Below, one piece after another: positions 16,062 through 19,166 of a stretch of DNA of 19,166 nt. The notes beneath the pieces were generated by a model. It saw nothing but the letters and a program-made list of their open reading frames with translations, was not told the origin of the DNA and made no database searches. The position numbers were made by a program, and so were the translations under genes. Source of the DNA: Oligoflexales bacterium (GTDB taxonomy: Bacteria > Bdellovibrionota_B > Oligoflexia > Oligoflexales > CAIYRB01); the NCBI GenBank assembly GCA_041736175.1, contig JBGSUI010000117.1:1-19166 (forward strand), given 5' to 3'. Position 1 is the stretch's first letter. Each line of letters begins with the position of its first letter.

Positions 16062-17364
16062 TCTTAGATCCTAACTTGGGGGTATTATTTTTTATCCATA
16101 AATAAGTCAATACAGATAAAGAATAACATCCTCCAGATAGAGCTAGAGATATCCAAATAACTTCGACGATGGAATTCTGATTAGTCGCAGAAAAATAGAA
16201 ATATGAGCCTAATCCAATAGCATAGTAGGCGAAAAAAAATAAAAAAAGAGCGTAGTTCGTAGCCGCTTTATAAATCAAATAACCAAACAAAATGGCGTTA
16301 ATGTAGTCAAAAAATATGGTCGAAATCAGATAAATTTTTAAACTACTTAAAGTGTTCAACAACGCATCTTTTGGTTGGAAAATCATAAAAATTGTTTCAT
16401 CTTGCCAAAATATTAAGGTTACCAAGAATACTAAAAATGCTGTTAGATATCTCACCGGCAAAACTCGCAAAAAATCCACATTTGGTTTTTGATTTGACCC
16501 AGCAAGCGAAATAGCAGTTGCGCTCGTTAAGCCACGAAATAGGTTGTAAAAAACAGAATTAATCATTAAAAGAATTGCGTGAGTTCCGGCGGTAGCACTT
16601 GAAGATGCTGCAAATTGTGAATAGAGAGAAAATATCGCAATTTCTGCTACCAGGGCCAGTCCGGAGGGTATGCCGACTTTTAGAAAGCTGAATAAGAGAT
16701 TTTTAAATTCCTGCCGTGTAACCGAAGGCCAAGTGACCTTAGGGATCACATAAGACATAGCTAGGATTAAATTCAATATTTGGCACCCAAGAGTAGCTAA
16801 TGCCACTTTTTGATAGGGCTGAAGAGTGTCAGGAAGATACTTCAAAAACAATATATCCAGGAGCAAATTCGCGATATTCAATATGATAGACACAATAGTA
16901 AAATATCTTGTTAAATTGAAGCTTACACTGAAGCGTTGCAGGTTATAACTCAGCAGCTGAAGCGGCAATACAAAAGCTAAGATTCGAAGATAAGAAGAAC
17001 TCGATTGTTGCAGAGTGGTGGATACTCCGAAAAAATCCATTATTTCAGGTGAAAAAACAAAAAATGGAGTACATAGAATGGATACTATTAGGACTATCAG
17101 TGTTGACATGCAAAGAATGGACGATGAAGACGGCGCGGAGATCGACGATTGCTTGGGGCAAAGATACTCTAAGCCTGAAAAAATGCCGACGCCAAAAGAA
17201 AGAAGCAGCCAATATATCGAGTTGCCGGTAGCGGCAGTGGCCAAAGAATCCTGGTCAAACCAGGACAGAATAACGGAGTCTACTAAGGTCATTGAAAATG
17301 ACCCAAGATGGATAATTCCGCTGCCGATTGCAAGCTTAAAGAAACTTCGATGATTGATGTTCAT
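16054..17364 (-). CDS. MATE-family efflux transporter
   Basis: About 12 hydrophobic segments. LVDSVIL, NLLLDILF, ALAT and KVGIPSGLALVAE are typical MATE motifs. 436 aa. Confidence 0.88.
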   Translation of the reverse strand: MNINHRSFFKLAIGSGIIHLGSFSMTLVDSVILSWFDQDSLATAATGNSIYWLLLSFGVGIFSGLEYLCPKQSSISAPSSSSILCMSTLIVLIVSILCTPFFVFSPEIMDFFGVSTTLQQSSSSYLRILAFVLPLQLLSYNLQRFSVSFNLTRYFTIVSIILNIANLLLDILFLKYLPDTLQPYQKVALATLGCQILNLILAMSYVIPKVTWPSVTRQEFKNLLFSFLKVGIPSGLALVAEIAIFSLYSQFAASSSATAGTHAILLMINSVFYNLFRGLTSATAISLAGSNQKPNVDFLRVLPVRYLTAFLVFLVTLIFWQDETIFMIFQPKDALLNTLSSLKIYLISTIFFDYINAILFGYLIYKAATNYALFLFFFAYYAIGLGSYFYFSATNQNSIVEVIWISLALSGGCYSLSVLTYLWIKNNTPKLGSKNG

Positions 17365-17367
17365 TGT

Positions 17368-18630
17368 TTACCCAATAGTTGCTGTCGAAGCAAATGTTGC
17401 TCCGGTAAGTGCATTGATAATCTTATTTTTCGAATAGCGCATCAGAATTCCAAGAAATTGACCTTTTATCGACCAAATACCCTCAACTATGTTCTGTTTC
17501 TCGAAATCTATTTTTCGTCGTGTCGAGCGAGCCACGAATTGCGGATTTGATTCGATGTATTCCTGGCCAATCCATTGGCCAGGTCCTGTTTTTGCTGACC
17601 TAAGAGCTTCATTCCATTCATTATCAGAACTATGTAAACCCGCTACTATTCCTTGGCCACCATATCCGACAAGTGGCTTTAAAATGTACTTTTCTTTGTT
17701 ATGGGCAAGTAATTCCCAAGGAGAAACCCATGATTCTCCAGTAAACACTAGTTTTTCCGAAAGAAAAAAAGTAAAAGGGGTAGCTTTTTTTATCGAAATC
17801 CTGGTTTTTCGGTCTAAATGATCGAGAAATTTCGGATTTGAAAAAATTGCAATCAACCCCTTCGAATCAAGGTGGTCTGCACCCAGTGGATTTATGATCG
17901 ATTCGGCTCGTAATGAAACAACATTTTTAACGGAATCATCCAGGAAATCGTCCGTCGAATCTCGCCACAGAATTTCGTTTCGATTGAGGTCTGCTTGAGG
18001 TAAGTCTTCAGATTTTAGGAATCTGGAGGGTATGTTCATATTTCTTAAAGCCTGGCCTAAGCAGGCAAAGTCAAAAATCACAGGGGAAAATTGAGATTGC
18101 GTTAAAGCAATCGATAAATCCTCGTGATTAAATAGACCCTGAATCGAATCGGATAATTTTCTGAGGCAGAGAATTGGTTTAAAAGGAATTTTCGACCTGA
18201 AAATTCTTTGCGCATACACGTCAATCGACGATAGCAAGCCAAGACCTGAAGGATCGGAAGCATTCACTTCGATTATTTTGCGTTCACCAGAACTCGACTC
18301 GGTTACGATGTCACTTCGAATCAAAAAAGTCTCTGGTCGGCTACTTTGAAACACTACACCGCTAGGTCTTAAAAGGGCGGGTAAAATGTCTGAGTTTTTC
18401 ATCATATCGCTGGCGAGACTTATAGCTTTTGATATACAAGTTGAAAGATAAGCGATTTTGTTTAATTCCGCTTGGTTTATTAAATAGGGAGCGAGTTCAA
18501 TGGGAAACGAAGGCGCATTATTCATATAAATACGCTTAAAATCATCATCAAGAATGGAAGCCAAATCCCACTTTTCTCTCGAGCCAATTTGCAGATCGAT
18601 TGCCTTATAAAATTCATTTTGATGCATCAC
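17368..18630 (-). CDS. Circularly permuted ATP-grasp amidoligase (glutathionylspermidine-synthase-like fold)
   Basis: Motif order RSD...IIEVN (metal ligands first), then LKPLVGYGGQGI and QEYI. This order is characteristic of the circularly permuted ATP-grasp family. Confidence 0.8.
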   Translation of the reverse strand: MMHQNEFYKAIDLQIGSREKWDLASILDDDFKRIYMNNAPSFPIELAPYLINQAELNKIAYLSTCISKAISLASDMMKNSDILPALLRPSGVVFQSSRPETFLIRSDIVTESSSGERKIIEVNASDPSGLGLLSSIDVYAQRIFRSKIPFKPILCLRKLSDSIQGLFNHEDLSIALTQSQFSPVIFDFACLGQALRNMNIPSRFLKSEDLPQADLNRNEILWRDSTDDFLDDSVKNVVSLRAESIINPLGADHLDSKGLIAIFSNPKFLDHLDRKTRISIKKATPFTFFLSEKLVFTGESWVSPWELLAHNKEKYILKPLVGYGGQGIVAGLHSSDNEWNEALRSAKTGPGQWIGQEYIESNPQFVARSTRRKIDFEKQNIVEGIWSIKGQFLGILMRYSKNKIINALTGATFASTATIG

Positions 18631-19166
18631 GAACCGCCTTGCAAATTGAGTATGCTAGTGGCAAGTCGGCTTAGCACTTGGTCACTATGGGATGTACGAA
18701 TAACAACGCGTAGTTTGGCTTGATCTCGAGGAACGACAGGAAAAAAAACTACGGGAACAACAAACCCATCTGATTTGAGGGATTCAGCAATGCTAATTGC
18801 TTTTTCCTCGCTTCCGATATCAATACAAAAGATCGGAAAGTCTTGTTGTGCCATACCTATAAGACTACCGAATAATTTTATTTTTTTGTGTAAATCCTGT
18901 TGACGACCTGTAACCTCGCCAGAACTATGCTTTTCTAAGACAGCTAGTGCTGATCCGATCATTGCAAAATCTAAAGGACCAGAAAACGAGTAGGTTACAC
19001 CAAACTCCCTTATTAGCTTTTCAAAAAAACTTGAACTGGTTGTCACCCCCCCACCGTTGCATCCAAATCCCTTTGCTAGAGAAAAATTTGCCACGAGACA
19101 CTCTGGCCAGGAACGGTTTCCCAAAAATTCCGATACGTATCCTCGACCGTTTAGGCCTCTAATTGA
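18627..19166 (-). CDS. PLP-dependent class II aminotransferase / alpha-oxoamine synthase family (BioF/CqsA/SPT-like), 5' part outside the window
   Basis: The frame is open to the window edge (SIRGLNGRGYVSEFLG...). PLP-lysine motif SLAKGFGCNGG, YSFSGPL and C-terminal FPVVPRDQAKLRV. ATGA overlap with the ATP-grasp gene. Confidence 0.85.
   Translation of the reverse strand, partial: SIRGLNGRGYVSEFLGNRSWPECLVANFSLAKGFGCNGGGVTTSSSFFEKLIREFGVTYSFSGPLDFAMIGSALAVLEKHSSGEVTGRQQDLHKKIKLFGSLIGMAQQDFPIFCIDIGSEEKAISIAESLKSDGFVVPVVFFPVVPRDQAKLRVVIRTSHSDQVLSRLATSILNLQGGS

Noticed and set aside
17134..17141. Another GCGGAGAT copy inside the MATE gene
   Set aside because: It is a single isolated 8-mer in coding sequence far from the element, consistent with chance.
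11427..19162. Short overlapping ORFs within the signalling/biosynthetic operon
   Set aside because: They are antisense or out-of-frame shadows of motif-bearing genes.
18627..19166. Naming the PLP enzyme bioF or cqsA
   Set aside because: Only the C-terminal 179 aa are visible, there are no other biotin genes in view, and the motifs define the family but not the substrate.

Overview
The window has two main blocks. (1) About 960-9300 is a compact integrative, satellite-like element with no capsid, portal, large-terminase or conjugation genes in view. On the minus strand it carries a tightly packed run of Cro-like HTH, DUF3854/Toprim-like primase-P-loop helicase, family A DNA polymerase (3'-5' exonuclease plus polymerase, atypical motif B), excisionase and tyrosine integrase. 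It also has an att-like region beyond int (IHF consensus, terminator, arm-like repeats), a divergent orphan gene, a terminase-small-subunit-like HTH gene and two inverted clusters of an 8-bp repeat (GCGGAGAT). The element is bracketed by two similar modules, each a lipoprotein gene with a sigma-28-like promoter divergent from an XRE regulator. The left lipoprotein looks truncated and the right XRE is frameshifted. (2) 10727-19166 is a coupled minus-strand operon: PLP alpha-oxoamine-synthase-like enzyme (cut by the window edge), circularly permuted ATP-grasp ligase, MATE exporter, orphan family-5 solute-binding protein, GNAT, membrane histidine kinase and sigma-54 response regulator. This reads as a make-export-sense circuit, possibly an undescribed quorum-sensing system, with a GC step inside the kinase gene. 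All calls come from reading motifs by eye; no searches were run.
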